55,941 bases of DNA from a virus (lineage: Duplodnaviria > Caudoviricetes): positions 1 to 55,941 of the IMG/VR virus record IMGVR_UViG_3300021087_000017, one strand, 5' to 3'. A program made the translations under genes and the position numbers. The notes under the pieces are model-generated. The model searched no databases and was not told the DNA's origin. It was given only the letters and a program-made list of their open reading frames with translations. Shown piece after piece: positions 26,227-36,214 of the stretch (positions within the stretch are counted from its first letter, which is position 1; each line of letters starts with the position of its first letter).

Positions 26227-27452
26227 CTCTGCTAAGGTCTTTACTAGATAAAGAATTTTATGACAATCACATTGGTGTGAAGTGTCCGCCAAGATTATTC
26301 ACTAAGGACGCACAGAAAATTAAAAGCGTAGTTGACTATGCCATGAGTACCTACAAGCGTAACCTCACTGTTGATGAGGTGGAAGCTGTGTTCATGGTGA
26401 GCAACCCTACACTGACCACTGCACAGAAGGAAGGCTACACTAAGCTGTTCTCTCAAATTAAGATAGAGACACCTATGGGTAATGATGTAGCAGATGATGT
26501 GTTATCTAAGTTGTTTCAACAAGTCATAGGTGAGGATATAGCTAACTTAGGGTTCGAGTATGTCAATGGGACACAGACAAGTCTTGAACCCCTGCGTCAA
26601 TTGCTTGAAAATTACAATGATAACTTTCTACCTGACTTAAATGTTGAGTGGGATGATATATCTATTGATGCAATCCTTGCAGCTAACACACTTGAATCCC
26701 GCTGGTCCTTCAACATCCCGGTGCTTAACTCACGTATCAAAGGCGTGAATGCTGGTCACCTGATTGAGGTGGGTGCGCGTCCCAATACAGGTAAGACTTC
26801 CTTCCATGCCAACGCTATAGCTGGACCGGATGGTTTTGCAAGGCAGGGTGCTAAGTGTGTGGTGCTTGTAAACGAAGAGGCATACTCTCGTGTCGGAGCA
26901 AGGTATTTAACAGCCTGTTCAGGTATGAGCCTTGAACAGATACATAGTAACAGAGACATGGCACACTCATCGTATAACGAAGTGCAGGGTAATATCTTTA
27001 TGAAAGATTCCACGGGTAAGGACATGTCATACGTAGAGAGTGTATGTAAGAGCCAGTCACCCGACATTGTTGTGCTAGACATGGGAGATAAGTTTGCCCG
27101 CTCAAGTGCAACGGCCCGTATGGATGAAGTGTTAAAGGAGAATGCTATCCACGCTAGACAGATCGCAAAGATATATGGCTGTGCTATGTTTTATATGTCA
27201 CAGTTAAGTGCAGATGCAGAGGGTAAGATACTATTGAACCAAGCTATGATGGAAGGCAGTCGTACAGGCAAGGCAGCGGAAGCTGACCTGATGATACTGA
27301 TTGCTAAGAACCCACAGCTTGCGGTAGGCCCCGGAGATGCAGCAGAGGAAGACCCAATGCGTCATTTGAATATCGCTAAGAATAAATTAACTGGCTGGCA
27401 TGGTACTGTTCACTGTAACTTTGACCATAAGACAGCTAGGTATACTGCATAG
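26217..27452 (+). CDS. Replicative DnaB/gp4-like helicase
   Basis: GARPNTGKT Walker A, VVLDMGDK, SQLS and NIAKNKLTG. Confidence 0.92.
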   Translation: MELALLRSLLDKEFYDNHIGVKCPPRLFTKDAQKIKSVVDYAMSTYKRNLTVDEVEAVFMVSNPTLTTAQKEGYTKLFSQIKIETPMGNDVADDVLSKLFQQVIGEDIANLGFEYVNGTQTSLEPLRQLLENYNDNFLPDLNVEWDDISIDAILAANTLESRWSFNIPVLNSRIKGVNAGHLIEVGARPNTGKTSFHANAIAGPDGFARQGAKCVVLVNEEAYSRVGARYLTACSGMSLEQIHSNRDMAHSSYNEVQGNIFMKDSTGKDMSYVESVCKSQSPDIVVLDMGDKFARSSATARMDEVLKENAIHARQIAKIYGCAMFYMSQLSADAEGKILLNQAMMEGSRTGKAAEADLMILIAKNPQLAVGPGDAAEEDPMRHLNIAKNKLTGWHGTVHCNFDHKTARYTA

Positions 27453-27463
27453 GAGAGGATACA

Positions 27464-27628
27464 ATGAAACATTTAGTTGCTAAAGTTACTAAGCTTACTA
27501 ATCAATTACAGAGTAATAAAAAAGTATTAGAGGTTTACCAAGCGAGGTGGGTGTGGTATCATACGATCCTTGCAGTGGAACTACTCATCTTGATTATTGT
27601 TCAACTATTAATATTGGCAAAGCTATGA
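27464..27628 (+). CDS. Small membrane protein (54 aa, not in ORF track)
   Basis: AGGAGAGG RBS; ends ARWVWYHTILAVELLILIIVQLLILAKL; ATGA-coupled to the next gene. Confidence 0.65.
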   Translation: MKHLVAKVTKLTNQLQSNKKVLEVYQARWVWYHTILAVELLILIIVQLLILAKL

Positions 27629-27849
27629 CAGAGGAAGAGGAGGAACCCCTGCCCTCTATTACCGGGGCTTCTGATGAGGCTATAGCTTTAGCAGAGCTAT
27701 CGTTTATTATGCTAAGGCGTTTTAATAAACAGGAGAAACTTACTAAACAAGACTTCGATGCTGTGTGGTATGCTCATGTTAATTTAACTACGTTCTGGAA
27801 AGCTGCTCTGTCTACTGAAGGGGCACCCCGAAATGGAAAACTTAATTAG
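27625..27849 (+). CDS. Small hypothetical protein
   Basis: ATGA-coupled start at 27625, in the frame of track ORF 27547..27849. Confidence 0.55.
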   Translation: MTEEEEEPLPSITGASDEAIALAELSFIMLRRFNKQEKLTKQDFDAVWYAHVNLTTFWKAALSTEGAPRNGKLN

Positions 27850-27864
27850 TAATAGGAGACAACT

Positions 27865-29868
27865 ATGAAAGTTGTATTGGACATAGAGAATAGCGTAACT
27901 AAACGAGGAGGTAAGACACACTTCGATCCCTTTGAGCCTACCAATGAATTAGTTTTAGTTGGTACTCTTACAGAGATGGGAGAGGAAGAACACTTCTCCC
28001 CTGCTAAGAGTTCCGGTCTTCAAAGTATTCTGGATAAGACCACGCTACTTATAGGACATAACATAGCCTACGATCTGGTATGGTTGTGGGAGTGTGGCTT
28101 TGTGTACGACGGTGTAGTGTTTGATACAATGCTAGGTGAGTACCTACTACAGCGTGGACAGAAGCAACCCTTGTCATTAGAGGCTTGTGCTGAGAGGTAT
28201 GAGTTAGAGACACAGAAAGAAAGTACCCTTAAAGATTACCTAAAGAAGGGTGTAAGCGTAGCAGACATACCTACAGAAGAACTATCCGCTTATCTTAGTG
28301 CAGACTTACATGCTACCCAGCAGCTATACAATAAAATACAGGAGCGTTTGCAAGGAGAGAAAGATTGTAAGCTATACAAAACAATTGAGATGACTAACAG
28401 GGTAGCGTGTGTACTGGCACATATCTTTCAGCGTGGGTTCACTGTCAATAGGGATGAGTTACTGCGAGTTAAAGATGAATTTGAAGCAGAGAAACTACAG
28501 CTACAGACTACCTTAGACCAACGGGTTAGTCAGCTAATGGGTGACACACCTATTAATCTTAATAGCCCTGAACAATTGTCATGGGTAATCTATTCTAGGA
28601 AGGTGTATAATAAACAGACATGGGTTAATGACACTAGCTTTGTTACAGGTACAGAGTTTCAACAAAAGATTAAAGAGAACTCAACCATTATGTATAAGAC
28701 AGCAGCCACTAAATGTTCAGGCTGTTACGGGAATGGTAAGATAAAGAAGACACGTAAGGATGGTAAGCCCTTTACCAAAGCAACCAAGTGTGCCATGTGT
28801 GCTGGTGCTGGGTACACCCTGAAACCTACCAAAGAAGTAGCGGGCCTGAAGTTTAACGTGCCCAATAATAGTTGGGTAACTGCCGGGGGATTCACCACTA
28901 ACAAAGGTTACCTCGAAACCCTTGAGGCTACTGCACGAGGCAGGAAGAAGATGATTGCAGTTAGTTTCCTACATGATGTTCGTAGGCTTAGTGCATTGGA
29001 CACTTACCTGTCTTCCTTTGTGGACGGCATTGACCTGTACACCAAGCCAGATGGTAGGCTGCACGTACAGCTAACCCAGCACATGACAGCTACAGGCAGG
29101 TTCAGTGGTCGTAATCCTAACATGCAGAACATGCCTAGAGGTGGTACCTTTCCTATCAAACGTGTGTTTGTCAGCCGCTTTGAGGGAGGTAAGATACTTG
29201 AGGCAGACTTTGCCCAGCTAGAGTTCAGGACAGCAGCGTACCTATCACAAGATAAGCTAGCTATGCAGGAGGTTAGGGAGGGCTTTGATGTACACAGCTA
29301 TACCGCTGATATTATCAGTAGGGCAGGTCAGCCTATAAGTAGACAGGAAGCTAAGGCCCACACCTTTGCTCCCTTATATGGGGCCACTGGCTTTGGGCGT
29401 AGCCCAGCAGAAGCTACCTACTACAAACACTTTATAAATAAGTATACTGGTATAGCTAGATGGCACAGTGCCTTGGCTACTGCCGTTCTATCTAGTGGGC
29501 TTGTAACTACACCGTCTGGCAGAGAGTTTTCCTTTCCAGATTGTGAGCGTAGGCGTAACGGTACACCTTCGCACTTCACACAGATAAAGAATTACCCCGT
29601 GCAATCCTTTGCCACAGCAGACATCGTACCTTTGGTACTACTGTATATTGAGGAGTTGCTTGAGGGTATGAAGACATGCATCGTTAATACGGTGCATGAT
29701 AGTATAGTACTTGATGTTCATCCAGAAGAAGAGGAGTATGCCCTAAGTGTAATAGATGAGGTCAATGACAATCTTCACGACTTGATCCAGCAGCAGTGGG
29801 AAATAGATTTTAATGTACCACTACTGTTAGAAGCAAAAATAGGTGAGAATTGGCTTGACACTAAATAG
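27865..29868 (+). CDS. polA: DNA polymerase family A with DnaJ-type zinc-finger insertion
   Basis: Exonuclease LDIE and GHNIAYD; polymerase TATGRFS, DFAQLEFR, AKAHTFAPLYG, NYPVQS and VHDSI; CSGCYGNG...CAMCAGAG insert. Confidence 0.96.
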   Translation: MKVVLDIENSVTKRGGKTHFDPFEPTNELVLVGTLTEMGEEEHFSPAKSSGLQSILDKTTLLIGHNIAYDLVWLWECGFVYDGVVFDTMLGEYLLQRGQKQPLSLEACAERYELETQKESTLKDYLKKGVSVADIPTEELSAYLSADLHATQQLYNKIQERLQGEKDCKLYKTIEMTNRVACVLAHIFQRGFTVNRDELLRVKDEFEAEKLQLQTTLDQRVSQLMGDTPINLNSPEQLSWVIYSRKVYNKQTWVNDTSFVTGTEFQQKIKENSTIMYKTAATKCSGCYGNGKIKKTRKDGKPFTKATKCAMCAGAGYTLKPTKEVAGLKFNVPNNSWVTAGGFTTNKGYLETLEATARGRKKMIAVSFLHDVRRLSALDTYLSSFVDGIDLYTKPDGRLHVQLTQHMTATGRFSGRNPNMQNMPRGGTFPIKRVFVSRFEGGKILEADFAQLEFRTAAYLSQDKLAMQEVREGFDVHSYTADIISRAGQPISRQEAKAHTFAPLYGATGFGRSPAEATYYKHFINKYTGIARWHSALATAVLSSGLVTTPSGREFSFPDCERRRNGTPSHFTQIKNYPVQSFATADIVPLVLLYIEELLEGMKTCIVNTVHDSIVLDVHPEEEEYALSVIDEVNDNLHDLIQQQWEIDFNVPLLLEAKIGENWLDTK

Positions 29869-29883
29869 AAAATGTGTTAAAAC
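29855..29883 (+). promoter_or_regulatory. Sigma70-type promoter for the SSB/nuclease cluster
   Basis: TTGACA-N17-TAAAAC with TGn, spanning the polA stop codon. Confidence 0.6.
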
Positions 29884-29919
29884 TAACAATCTTTCTAACC
29901 ATAAAAGGAGAAACACAGA

Positions 29920-30822
29920 ATGAATCAGGTAGCAACAATTGATACGACGAACTACGAAGCTATGGCTAAGGTAATGGGCATGGTAGGAGAACAGAACTCT
30001 GACAAGGCCAAGAGCACCTTAGCTAGGCTGCGTATTAATCACTCTGCTATCATGGGCACAGCCGAAATTAAAGGTAAGTCCATGAACTTAGAAGTAGTGG
30101 GTGGTGGAACGTATCGTCTTGAGGTTCCAGATACAGACGAAACCTACTATGCTTCTAGCATTAGCATTCGACCATACATGCAACGCTTTATGTATAAGCG
30201 TTTTGTAAAAGGTAGGGGTACTATCAAGAACATGTTTGTAAAAACCGTGATGGCTGACAGCCTGAACGTAGACTTAAAGGATAACACGGGTGGTCTTAAT
30301 TGTGGTAAGCCCGCTGGATACATCGAAGACTTCAAGGCTCTCCCTGAAGACATGCAGAATTTAATCAGGCAGATTAAAAGAGTGCGTGTTATTTTTGGGA
30401 CAGTAAATTTGACTAACCCTACCAATGCAAATGGTGATGCTTTAAACAGAGAGATGAATGAAATCCCATTCATCTGGGAAGTAGATCAGCGTGAAGCATT
30501 CAAGCACGTTGGAGAACCATTTCAGGCTCTACTGAAGCAGCGTCGGTTGCCTGTGCAGTACAGGATAGGCTGTGAAACTGATGAGCGTAAGCTGCCCAAC
30601 GGTAACACATACTATGTACCTAATGTAAACCTAGACACAACGGAGGTACTCCCTATTGGAGAAGATGTACAAGATACCTTCCGTTCTTTCGTTGATTGGG
30701 TTACCAATTACAATGAGTATATAACTTCTGAATGGGAGGATAAGCATGTTAATAACCTTTCATCTGAAGATGCATCGTTAGTAGAAGAGTTCATCACAGT
30801 TGACACATCCGTAGAAAACTAA
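29920..30822 (+). CDS. Putative single-stranded DNA-binding protein
   Basis: Lies between polA and the exonuclease; acidic C-terminus; strong RBS. Confidence 0.55.
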   Translation: MNQVATIDTTNYEAMAKVMGMVGEQNSDKAKSTLARLRINHSAIMGTAEIKGKSMNLEVVGGGTYRLEVPDTDETYYASSISIRPYMQRFMYKRFVKGRGTIKNMFVKTVMADSLNVDLKDNTGGLNCGKPAGYIEDFKALPEDMQNLIRQIKRVRVIFGTVNLTNPTNANGDALNREMNEIPFIWEVDQREAFKHVGEPFQALLKQRRLPVQYRIGCETDERKLPNGNTYYVPNVNLDTTEVLPIGEDVQDTFRSFVDWVTNYNEYITSEWEDKHVNNLSSEDASLVEEFITVDTSVEN

Positions 30823-30833
30823 GGAGATTTAAT

Positions 30834-31682
30834 ATGCAACACCCTGCTGAACTGGCGGTGCATCAGTACCTTGATGACGCCACTAATAATAAAACAGAGA
30901 TGTCTGAAGACACAATAGAGGCTGTGTGTACACAAATCGGGGATGCTCTGCGCCGTCAGTTTGGCAAGGACTCCAGTAACAGAAAGGATTTTAAACTACG
31001 TATGTCTAATGTTGGGCGTCCCTATTGTCAGCTTTGGTATAGCAAAAACAAACCGGAGGTAGCAAGACCAAAGGCAACAACATTCGTAATGAACATGATG
31101 ATAGGTGACATAGTAGAAGCCGTGTTTAAAGCGGTACTTACCGAAGCAGGAGTAAAGTATGAAGATAGTGAACAGGTTACTCTTAAACTTACAGACGGCA
31201 CCACTATATCTGGAACTACTGATCTTAGTATTGATGGTGCTGTTGACGACATCAAGTCTGCCTCGAATTGGTCATACCGTAATAAGTTTTCTTCTTATGC
31301 GGACCTAGAAAAGTCAGACTCGTTTGGTTACGTTGGTCAACTAGCTGGTTATGCTAAGGCTTCCAACAAAAAAGCCGGTGGCTGGTGGGTCATTAACAAG
31401 GCTACTGGTGAGTTTAAATATGTTCCTGCTTCAGGATTGAATACGGAGGAAGAGTTTGCTAAAATAGAAACAGTAAAGACTAAGCTGGATGATAACAAAT
31501 TCAGCAGGTCGTTTGATAAAAAACCAGAGTTCTTTAGGGGTAGGTCTACAGGTAGGTATGTGTTAGGGATTACATGCGGGTTCTGCGATTATAAAACAGA
31601 TTGTTGGCCCACATTAGAGGAGCTTCCTTCCATACCCTCCAAAGCTAAAGACCCTAAAGTAGTTAATTACATTACGGAATAG
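30834..31682 (+). CDS. PD-(D/E)XK Cas4-like exonuclease
   Basis: RMSNVGRPYCQLW, GTTDL, DDIKSAS, QLAGY and C-terminal CGFCDYKTDCW. Confidence 0.82.
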   Translation: MQHPAELAVHQYLDDATNNKTEMSEDTIEAVCTQIGDALRRQFGKDSSNRKDFKLRMSNVGRPYCQLWYSKNKPEVARPKATTFVMNMMIGDIVEAVFKAVLTEAGVKYEDSEQVTLKLTDGTTISGTTDLSIDGAVDDIKSASNWSYRNKFSSYADLEKSDSFGYVGQLAGYAKASNKKAGGWWVINKATGEFKYVPASGLNTEEEFAKIETVKTKLDDNKFSRSFDKKPEFFRGRSTGRYVLGITCGFCDYKTDCWPTLEELPSIPSKAKDPKVVNYITE

Positions 31683-31692
31683 TCTTTCTGGT

Positions 31693-32136
31693 ATGAATTA
31701 CAAACAGTATAGTGCTGCCAGAAAGCATGGGTATAGGTCCGGGTTAGAAGTTAAAGTCTCACAATACCTCGACACTAAAAAGATAAGCTTTAAATACGAG
31801 GCTATTAAAATAGAGTGGGAAGACTTGGCTTACCGGACCTATACACCCGACTTCATATTGCCTAACAATATAATCATAGAAGTTAAGGGCAGGTTTGTTA
31901 CACAGGATAGGAGAAAACATAGAGAGATACAACGTCAACATCCACACCTAGACATCAGGTTTATTTTTGAAAACAGTAACAGAAAGCTTTACAAGGGAGC
32001 CAAGTCCACGTATAAAGAGTGGTGCGAAAAGTATGGCTTCCTTTGTTATGATAGGATCATACCCGAAAGCTGGCTGAAGGAGAAGCGTCTTCCTAAGCTG
32101 AATAAATTTATAGCCTGTAAGGAGAAGAGGATATAA
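31693..32136 (+). CDS. T7 endonuclease I-like Holliday junction resolvase
   Basis: YRSGLE, YTPDF, IEVKGRF and DIRFIF. Confidence 0.92.
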   Translation: MNYKQYSAARKHGYRSGLEVKVSQYLDTKKISFKYEAIKIEWEDLAYRTYTPDFILPNNIIIEVKGRFVTQDRRKHREIQRQHPHLDIRFIFENSNRKLYKGAKSTYKEWCEKYGFLCYDRIIPESWLKEKRLPKLNKFIACKEKRI

Positions 32137-32139
32137 GGA

Positions 32140-32487
32140 ATGACAACATATGAAGTAGACCCTAATGATTTCCTCATACAGATAAGTCCTAGCGTTGATG
32201 AGGAGCATAACTGGACAGGAGAAATATCTATTGACTTAATTATAAGTACCTCTGCATCTTTATGTGACGCTGATCATAATAGAATACTAACTCTAGCAAA
32301 AACTATATGTGCTGCTGTGCCTATGTATGAAGATGATCCAGATTTATATGACCGGGCAATGGAATACGTTGCTATATCAGAGGGTGTAGCTAATGATACA
32401 GCTAAGGATGACCCCTACTTTTTTAAACAGAACTACACATCAGAAGGTAACATAATAAGTGTTAACTTCAATAAAGAAGGAAAATAA
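32140..32487 (+). CDS. Hypothetical protein
   Basis: Acidic; C-terminal GNIISVNF; tightly packed. Confidence 0.7.
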   Translation: MTTYEVDPNDFLIQISPSVDEEHNWTGEISIDLIISTSASLCDADHNRILTLAKTICAAVPMYEDDPDLYDRAMEYVAISEGVANDTAKDDPYFFKQNYTSEGNIISVNFNKEGK

Positions 32488-32488
32488 G

Positions 32489-32728
32489 ATGGATAACCTA
32501 GATGATATTGTACGTCCACCCCATTATAAAAAGGGCGTTATAGAAACGATTGAGCTAATTAAATCTAGTATGTCTATAGATGAATACAAAGGATATCTTA
32601 TGGGTAACATCTTAAAATATATCTGTAGACATAAGCATAAAAATCCAGCGGAGCCGTGGAAGGATTTGAAGAAAGCCGAATGGTATCTAACGGCTCTAAT
32701 AAAAGAGGAAGCTAATGATGGCGACTAA
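32489..32728 (+). CDS. DUF3310-family protein
   Basis: PPHY...IETIE...GNILKYICR..HK...DLKKAEWYL. Confidence 0.85.
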   Translation: MDNLDDIVRPPHYKKGVIETIELIKSSMSIDEYKGYLMGNILKYICRHKHKNPAEPWKDLKKAEWYLTALIKEEANDGD

Positions 32729-33716
32729 TAGAAAGCAACGTAGAGCAAAGAATAAAAAAAAGGTGGAGGAAAAGGAATACGATCCCTTAGATAATTCCAA
32801 TGACCAACCCTTTAAAGAACACATGCTGCATATGAAAGAGGCGCATGATGTGGGTCACCTTCTGTGGTTACTAAACACGGGTAAGTTAATTCTCCCCCAC
32901 CATGAGCATCAAGAGGGTGCCCTTAATTTGAAGTTACCCTTTGATGAAATAGAGAACAACTATAACAATACAAATCCAAACATCGTAGTCATAGACGACT
33001 TTATGAACCCCGAAGCCCTACAAAAACTAAAGACGTATTGCTTAGAGTTTCCTTTTTGGAATACCATTTATGGTAGGGGGTACTTAGGTGCATTCAGAGA
33101 GAACGGTTTCTCACCGCAGACATTATCTACTCTGTCTCTGGAGATGGTAACTCACATGCCAAACATATTTGATGATGTGAATAAACGAAACCTATCACAG
33201 ATGTGGGCATTTAAGTATGAGTCCAAGTGTCCCGGCATTGATATCCATGCGGACTTTGCAGCCGTCAATGTAAACTTTTGGATCACGCCTACAAAAGCAA
33301 ACAGAGATTACGACGAAGAGAAAGACATAGGTAAGACAGGGGGCATGTGGATTTGGGATACAGGTGCTCCTCCTGACTGGGACTTTACTCGTTACAATGG
33401 GGATGATAAGACAGAGGTATTAAAATTCTTAGAAGAAAAGGATTCTAGTGCAGTATACGTACCATATAAATATAACAGGTGTGTTATGTTTGACTCTAAT
33501 CTGTTTCATAAAACAGCAGACGTAAACTTTCTTCCCGGCTTTGACAACAAAAGAATAAACGTAACCATGTTGTTTGGTCAACGCGAACATACAGGAGTGG
33601 AACCACAAGACATGGTAGAAGCTGACGCATTGAGGAAGGCTACATCAACGCCTGTTTTAGATACGATTGATGAAGACTCGATCAAGGAGTACGTGGGAAT
33701 TAGGGATGGAGGTTAA
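32715..33716 (+). CDS. Putative 2OG-Fe(II) oxygenase-fold protein
   Basis: IVVIDDF start, HAD (HxD) motif, YNRCVMFDSNLFH and RINVTMLF. Confidence 0.65.
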   Translation: MMATNRKQRRAKNKKKVEEKEYDPLDNSNDQPFKEHMLHMKEAHDVGHLLWLLNTGKLILPHHEHQEGALNLKLPFDEIENNYNNTNPNIVVIDDFMNPEALQKLKTYCLEFPFWNTIYGRGYLGAFRENGFSPQTLSTLSLEMVTHMPNIFDDVNKRNLSQMWAFKYESKCPGIDIHADFAAVNVNFWITPTKANRDYDEEKDIGKTGGMWIWDTGAPPDWDFTRYNGDDKTEVLKFLEEKDSSAVYVPYKYNRCVMFDSNLFHKTADVNFLPGFDNKRINVTMLFGQREHTGVEPQDMVEADALRKATSTPVLDTIDEDSIKEYVGIRDGG

Positions 33717-33870
33717 ACTTAAAGTGACTTTAAGAATTGATATAGAGGAGTACCCTATACCAGCAGATGAACTTGTTATACCTGAATTAAAAGATTATAT
33801 TGAGGATATGTTTACTGATGTAGATGGGGTTACTGTTCATAGGATAACAGCCACACAAAATTCTTTATAG
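33706..33870 (+). CDS. Small hypothetical protein
   Basis: ATG at 33706 overlaps the upstream gene's end; EEYPIPAD motif. Confidence 0.6.
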   Translation: MEVKLKVTLRIDIEEYPIPADELVIPELKDYIEDMFTDVDGVTVHRITATQNSL

Positions 33871-33879
33871 GAGATCAAC

Positions 33880-34038
33880 ATGGAAATACCAATCAATCTC
33901 GTGAACGAAATTATAAACTACCTAGCCCGACAGCCCTATAAGGACGTTGCTAATATAATAGGGGCAGTAATACAACTACAGGCAAGGGAACAGTCCAGCA
34001 CAGAACAGACAGAGCAGAAGGAGCTACCCTTAATATGA
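33880..34038 (+). CDS. Small hypothetical protein (52 aa, not in ORF track)
   Basis: AGGAG RBS; begins MEIPINLVNEIINYLARQPYKDV; ATGA-coupled to the RNR gene. Confidence 0.65.
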   Translation: MEIPINLVNEIINYLARQPYKDVANIIGAVIQLQAREQSSTEQTEQKELPLI

Positions 34039-35948
34039 TAACAGACTATCAGGCATTCATCCATCAGTCACGTTATAGTCGCTGGCTTGATAAGGAGGGG
34101 CGTAGAGAGACATGGGAAGAGACAGTGCGAAGGCTACTAGATTTTTACAAGTCTTTTCTTAAAACAAATCACGGCTATGACATGCCTAAAAAAACGTACA
34201 CTGATCTATACGTAGCTATCGTAACTATGCAGATCATGCCCAGCATGAGAGCTATGATGACGGCTGGCCCTGCATTAGAGCGCAACCATATAGCTGCTTA
34301 TAACTGCAGCTACCTGCCTGTGGACAGCCCTCGCTCCTTTGATGAGTGCCTCTACATCCTGATGCATGGCACAGGTGTAGGCTTTAGCGTGGAGCGTCAG
34401 TTCATCAACCAGCTTCCCACTATCCCTGATCAGTTTGACTCTAGCGAAACTTGTATCGTTGTACAGGACAGTAAGGAAGGTTGGTTCAGATCATTTAAAG
34501 AACTGATTAATCTGTTGTATGCTGGACAGGTTCCTCAATGGGATATGTCTAAGGTACGTCCGCAAGGTGCCAAGCTAAAGACCTTTGGGGGCAGGGCAAG
34601 TGGTCCTGAACCTTTGAATGAACTGTTCAAGTTCACCTGCAACCTATTCAGGAATGCCAGAGGCCGTAAGCTTAATAGCTTGGAGTGTCACGATCTGATG
34701 TGTAAGATTGCTGACGTTGTGGTTGTTGGAGGAGTACGTAGGTCTGCACTGATTAGCCTGTCTAACCTTAGTGATGATCGAATGCGTCATGCTAAGAGTG
34801 GGGATTGGTGGAACACAGAACCTCAACGATCCTTTGCCAATAACTCTGTATGCTATACAGATGGCTTAGATACAGGTTCCTTCCTGCGTGAGTGGAGTGC
34901 CTTGTATGACAGTAAGTCAGGTGAGCGAGGTATCTTCAACCGTCAGGCTGCACAGAAGCAAGCTGCTAAGTATGGACGCCGGGAGTCTGATGTTGACTAC
35001 GGTACAAACCCATGCAGTGAGATCATCCTTAGACCTAAGCAGTTCTGTAACTTGAGTGAGGTTGTTGTAAGGGCAGACGATACGGCAGAATCCTTGCAGG
35101 ATAAGATTGAACTTGCAACTATTCTGGGTACGATCCAGTCTTGCTTCACTGATTTTAAGGGACTAGGTAGGCAGTGGTCTAAGAACACAGAAGAGGAACG
35201 TCTCTTAGGTGTGTCTCTTACAGGCATACTTGACAACGCTATGCTGGCTAATAAGACAAGAGATAGCTTACCTGCGCTGTTAGGTAGTCTTAGGACAGGT
35301 GCAGTTAATACTAACCGTAAGTGGGCAACTATGCTAAACATAGAGCCGTCCGCTGCCATTACTTGTGTTAAGCCTAGTGGTACGGTTAGTCAATTGGTTG
35401 ATGCTGCATCAGGTATACATCCTCGACACTCTGAGTACTACATCAGAACAGTACGTGCAGATAAGAAAGACCCACTGACTTTGTTTATGACGGATGCTGG
35501 GTTCCCTGTCGAGGATGAGAACAAGAAGCCTGAATCAACTGCTGTATTCTCCTTCCCTATTAAAGCACCGAAGGGTGCAATAACAAGGCACGATATGACA
35601 GCTATTGAGCATCTTGAGGTATGGAAAATTTATGCAGAGTATTGGTGTGAACACAAGCCATCCATCACAGTTAGTGTTAAGGAGGATGAGTGGCTAGAGG
35701 TTGGGGCATTTGTATATAAGAACTTTAATGATATGTCAGGTGTAAGTTTTCTACCTATGTCTGAACATATCTATGAGCAAGCGCCTTACCAAGATTGCAC
35801 TAGACAAGAGTACGAAAATCTGTTAGAGTTAATGCCTAGTAAAATAGATTGGAAGAAACTTAGTGAGTATGAAGGTGATGATAATACAATCGCATCACAG
35901 ACGTTTAACTGTGTTGGTGATTTTTGTGAAGTAGTTGACTTAGTTTAG
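34035..35948 (+). CDS. nrdJ: Class II (adenosylcobalamin-dependent) ribonucleotide reductase
   Basis: YNCSY, GGVRRSA, GTNPCSE, TCVKPSGT and C-terminal CVGDFCE; no beta-subunit gene recognised. Confidence 0.9.
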   Translation: MITDYQAFIHQSRYSRWLDKEGRRETWEETVRRLLDFYKSFLKTNHGYDMPKKTYTDLYVAIVTMQIMPSMRAMMTAGPALERNHIAAYNCSYLPVDSPRSFDECLYILMHGTGVGFSVERQFINQLPTIPDQFDSSETCIVVQDSKEGWFRSFKELINLLYAGQVPQWDMSKVRPQGAKLKTFGGRASGPEPLNELFKFTCNLFRNARGRKLNSLECHDLMCKIADVVVVGGVRRSALISLSNLSDDRMRHAKSGDWWNTEPQRSFANNSVCYTDGLDTGSFLREWSALYDSKSGERGIFNRQAAQKQAAKYGRRESDVDYGTNPCSEIILRPKQFCNLSEVVVRADDTAESLQDKIELATILGTIQSCFTDFKGLGRQWSKNTEEERLLGVSLTGILDNAMLANKTRDSLPALLGSLRTGAVNTNRKWATMLNIEPSAAITCVKPSGTVSQLVDAASGIHPRHSEYYIRTVRADKKDPLTLFMTDAGFPVEDENKKPESTAVFSFPIKAPKGAITRHDMTAIEHLEVWKIYAEYWCEHKPSITVSVKEDEWLEVGAFVYKNFNDMSGVSFLPMSEHIYEQAPYQDCTRQEYENLLELMPSKIDWKKLSEYEGDDNTIASQTFNCVGDFCEVVDLV

Positions 35949-35956
35949 GAGGGGAC

Positions 35957-36127
35957 ATGGCTTGGTCGAAAGAATTACAGGAGAGTTGGAAGGCACAACA
36001 TGATATTAAAAGTCAACAGAAGGAGTGTGTAGTTTGTGGTTCACCTATTACAAAGGATGAATACAATGAATATAAGATGTGCTCTTGGTGCTATGCAGAG
36101 TCTGTTTTCAAACCGGAAGAACTTTAA
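35957..36127 (+). CDS. Small CxxC...CxxC zinc-finger-like peptide (56 aa, not in ORF track)
   Basis: AGGAGG RBS; contains ECVVCGSPITKDEYNEYKMCSWCY. Confidence 0.65.
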   Translation: MAWSKELQESWKAQHDIKSQQKECVVCGSPITKDEYNEYKMCSWCYAESVFKPEEL

Positions 36128-36214
36128 TGTTTTTAAACAGATACGGAAAAAGTTCAGACAGTGGCTCAACAAGAGTGATCAACCTAGATACCTATCCGGT
36201 AAGGGGAGACTTAA

